From: Minisyncoccota bacterium
GTDB lineage: Bacteria; Patescibacteriota; Minisyncoccia; Phycocordibacterales; UBA9973
NCBI GenBank assembly: GCA_043746875.1
Contig: JAYTQE010000046.1
Location: 1 to 50,422, forward strand
DNA: 50,422 bases
Direction: 5' to 3'
The position numbers and the translations under genes were made by a program. The notes under the pieces were generated by a model. The model worked only from the letters and a program-made list of their open reading frames with translations. It had not been told where the DNA came from and made no database searches. Below, piece after piece: positions 48,149-50,422 of the stretch (position 1 is its first letter; each line of letters starts with the position of its first letter).

Positions 48149-49900
48149 TTACTCACTAACAACACGAAGGACTTCTTCAATATTTGTCTTTCCTTGAACT
48201 GCCTGGAAAATGCCATCTTCAAGCATCGTAATCATTCCTTCTTTTTTTGCTTGAGCTTCAATCTCATCAGCAGTTCCATTGCGTAAAATAATTTCTTTTA
48301 CTGCTGGACTAATTTTCAAAACTTCATGTATCCCCACTCTTCCTTTAAATCCATCATCTGATTCATCACTAATTTTTGGTTTAAAAAATGGTATATCTTT
48401 CCATTTAGATTCTGGTGCTGCAACTTTTTCTTCAATCAAAACTTGGAGCATTTTATTCATATCTACAAGTTTTTCTAATGCTTGAAATTCTGAATCTGAT
48501 AAAAAATATTCCTCTTTAACCTTAGTCAATCGACGAACCAAACGTTGAGCAATAATAGTTTTTGCTGTTGATACGATCAAGAATGGTTCAACTCCCATAT
48601 CTATAAGTCTAGGGATTGCTCCTGCTGCGGAGTTTGTATGTATAGTAGAAAGTACTAAATGTCCTGTAAGTGCAGCATTAACTGCCAAACTTGCAGTTTC
48701 TCCATCTCTTATTTCTCCAACCATTATAATATTTGGATCTTGACGAAGTAATGCCCTTAAGCCATTTGCAAAAGTCATTCCTATATCTGAACGAACCTGA
48801 GTTTGATTAATACGAGCCATTTGATATTCGATTGGATCTTCAACTGTTGAAATATTTACAAATGGAGTATTTAATATATCAATCATTGTATATAAAGTAG
48901 TAGTTTTTCCACTTCCTGTAGGGCCAGAAGCAAGTAGTATACCTGAGTGTTGCTTCATACCATCATGAATTCTTTCAAGCGACTCTCCATGAAAACCGAG
49001 TCCTTCTAAACTAAAACCATGAGATGATTCTCTTAATATACGTATAACAGTTTTTTCTCCAAAATAAGTTGGAAGTGTTGATACACGAAATGATACAGGT
49101 TGTTCGTCCAACACTATTTTAAATCGACCATCTTGAGGTAGTCTTTTTTCATCAAGTTTTAAATTGGACAAAACTTTAATACGAGCAGTTACAGCAGGAG
49201 CTGCATCTTTTGGTAATGTCATAGCATCATGTAATATTCCATCAATACGATATCTAATTATTAATTCAGTTTCTCCTGGTTCTATGTGTACATCAGATGC
49301 ACCTTGAAGGATTGCATGAGAAATCAAAGAATCTACTATTTTTATAACAGGCAAATCATCTGCTAATTTTTTCAAATCATTTGCATTTCCCTCGTCATCT
49401 TTTTTGTCATCAATTCTGGTTATATTTCCTACTTCTTTTTGAATTATAGAATCAAATTCAGCCTGGAGACTTTTTTTGTATTGCTGAAGAACTGCTTTTA
49501 TAGATTCAGAATCTGTCATTCTAGGTTGAATCTTGAGTCCTGTCTTTTTCTTAATGAAATCAATAGCAGGAAGGTTATCAATATCCAAAACTGCAATTTC
49601 CAAATTTATGCCATTTTTTCTATATGGAACTACATTATATTTCCTAGCAATTGGTTCTGGTATCAAACTTAAAATATTAGAATCAATTTTTTCTTTTTCT
49701 AATCCTATAAAAGGTATTCCTAAAACATAAGCTTCTAATCTTTTTAATTCATTCTCTTTTATTTTTCCAGATGACAATAGAAAATCAGACAAACTTTGAA
49801 TTTTATCTTTTTTGGAAATATCAAAATTATTTAAATCATCCAATGTAACAATATTTGTATCAAGCAACATATTGCGTAATTTTGATTCATTAATAATCAT
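48149..49900 (-). CDS. pilB: Type IV pilus assembly ATPase (PilB/GspE family)
   Basis: N-terminal GspE-N domain, Walker A GPTGSGKTTT, Asp box, Walker B IIMVGEIRD, His box. Confidence 0.9.
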   Translation of the reverse strand: MIINESKLRNMLLDTNIVTLDDLNNFDISKKDKIQSLSDFLLSSGKIKENELKRLEAYVLGIPFIGLEKEKIDSNILSLIPEPIARKYNVVPYRKNGINLEIAVLDIDNLPAIDFIKKKTGLKIQPRMTDSESIKAVLQQYKKSLQAEFDSIIQKEVGNITRIDDKKDDEGNANDLKKLADDLPVIKIVDSLISHAILQGASDVHIEPGETELIIRYRIDGILHDAMTLPKDAAPAVTARIKVLSNLKLDEKRLPQDGRFKIVLDEQPVSFRVSTLPTYFGEKTVIRILRESSHGFSLEGLGFHGESLERIHDGMKQHSGILLASGPTGSGKTTTLYTMIDILNTPFVNISTVEDPIEYQMARINQTQVRSDIGMTFANGLRALLRQDPNIIMVGEIRDGETASLAVNAALTGHLVLSTIHTNSAAGAIPRLIDMGVEPFLIVSTAKTIIAQRLVRRLTKVKEEYFLSDSEFQALEKLVDMNKMLQVLIEEKVAAPESKWKDIPFFKPKISDESDDGFKGRVGIHEVLKISPAVKEIILRNGTADEIEAQAKKEGMITMLEDGIFQAVQGKTNIEEVLRVVSE

Positions 49901-49914
49901 ATTCTTTATTGTAA

Positions 49915-49943
49915 CAAAAAAACCAACACAATGTTGGCTTTTT
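49915..49943 (-). terminator. Terminator after gene 49950-50420
   Basis: ccaaca-caa-tgttgg flanked by an A-run and a T-run. Confidence 0.65.
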
Positions 49944-49949
49944 ATTTAT

Positions 49950-50420
49950 TTAAAATTCTTTGAAGATAGGTCTTTTCTTTCCATTGGCACTAGCCGAAAC
50001 TATTGCTTGTCTTGTTAATCCTCCTCCAATACCTTCTATAACTATAGGACTATATACGGTAGTTGAAGTCATATCAGCTGCATCCATGAATATAGTTAAA
50101 GTTATAGGTGAATACCCTCCTCCTGAATAATTCATTAAATTTGATGGTGTAAATGAATATGATGTACTAGGTGGCATAGGTGGAAGATTTACACTAAGAC
50201 TAACATTAGAATTAAATCCATTCATAGGAGTTGCTGTAATAGAATAAGTTACAATCTTTTTACCTGTATATATCCCTGTTCCATCTACAAAAGCTATAGA
50301 ACTTGGATTAGCTCCCAAGCTAAAGTTTGGGGCACAAACATTAACTACACTATTTGAACTTGTAACTGTTTGTCCTCCATTTGTACATTGAAGATTATAA
50401 GTTGAACCTCCTCCTTGAAC
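49950..50420 (-). CDS. C-terminal part of a Ser/Thr/Gly/Asn-rich, probably surface protein (5' end outside window)
   Basis: The frame stays open from the track TTG (50318) up to the window edge. Composition is similar to the pilus-associated proteins. Confidence 0.5.
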   Translation of the reverse strand, partial: VQGGGSTYNLQCTNGGQTVTSSNSVVNVCAPNFSLGANPSSIAFVDGTGIYTGKKIVTYSITATPMNGFNSNVSLSVNLPPMPPSTSYSFTPSNLMNYSGGGYSPITLTIFMDAADMTSTTVYSPIVIEGIGGGLTRQAIVSASANGKKRPIFKEF

Positions 50421-50422
50421 AG

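Overview
AT-rich, gene-dense bacterial chromosome segment read with the standard code (TGA is used as a stop at 45440-45442). Gene content suggests a small-genome Patescibacteria/CPR-like organism; this is inference from the missing L30 gene between rpsE and rplO, compact genes, type IV pilus plus ComEC genes, and many lineage-specific small ORFs. Housekeeping content is: recG (5' partial), tRNA-Ile(UAU), ftsH, smpB + tmRNA, a cold-shock gene, truB, infC-rpmI-rplT, and the str/S10/spc ribosomal supercluster (rpsL to secY-adk-map, minus strand, 10.6-29.1 kb). It also includes an M50 peptidase, rpmB, a two-gene ComEC with a divergent SOD between the halves, recJ-mntH-rnhA, hit, pgk-tpiA, and a type IV pilus cluster (pilB, pilC, three pseudopilins, a PilX-like giant) running to the window end. 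The ribosomal cluster is unusually fragmented: four non-ribosomal genes with their own terminators and promoters are inserted into it, and rpmC and rpmD are missing from their canonical slots. The stand-out locus is 30.27-34.65 kb. There a ~210-nt structured non-coding region, closed by a perfect 12-bp inverted repeat, sits immediately upstream of a 403-aa reverse transcriptase. The RT is followed in tight operon spacing by an ABC-exporter-like membrane protein with a degenerate ATPase site and a membrane-anchored two-HKD phospholipase-D-family protein. This looks like a retron/DRT-style RT-ncRNA-effector system with an effector pair I do not recognise as described. Secondary curiosities are: an inverted copy of the tmRNA 3' end next to a GC-rich ~160-nt island, a 56-nt perfect palindrome inside the spc operon, a recurrent TATAAT-N7-9-ATG (leaderless-type) start architecture, and an RNase HI with a C-terminal hybrid-binding-like domain. 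No CRISPR array, rRNA, transposase or integrase was seen.
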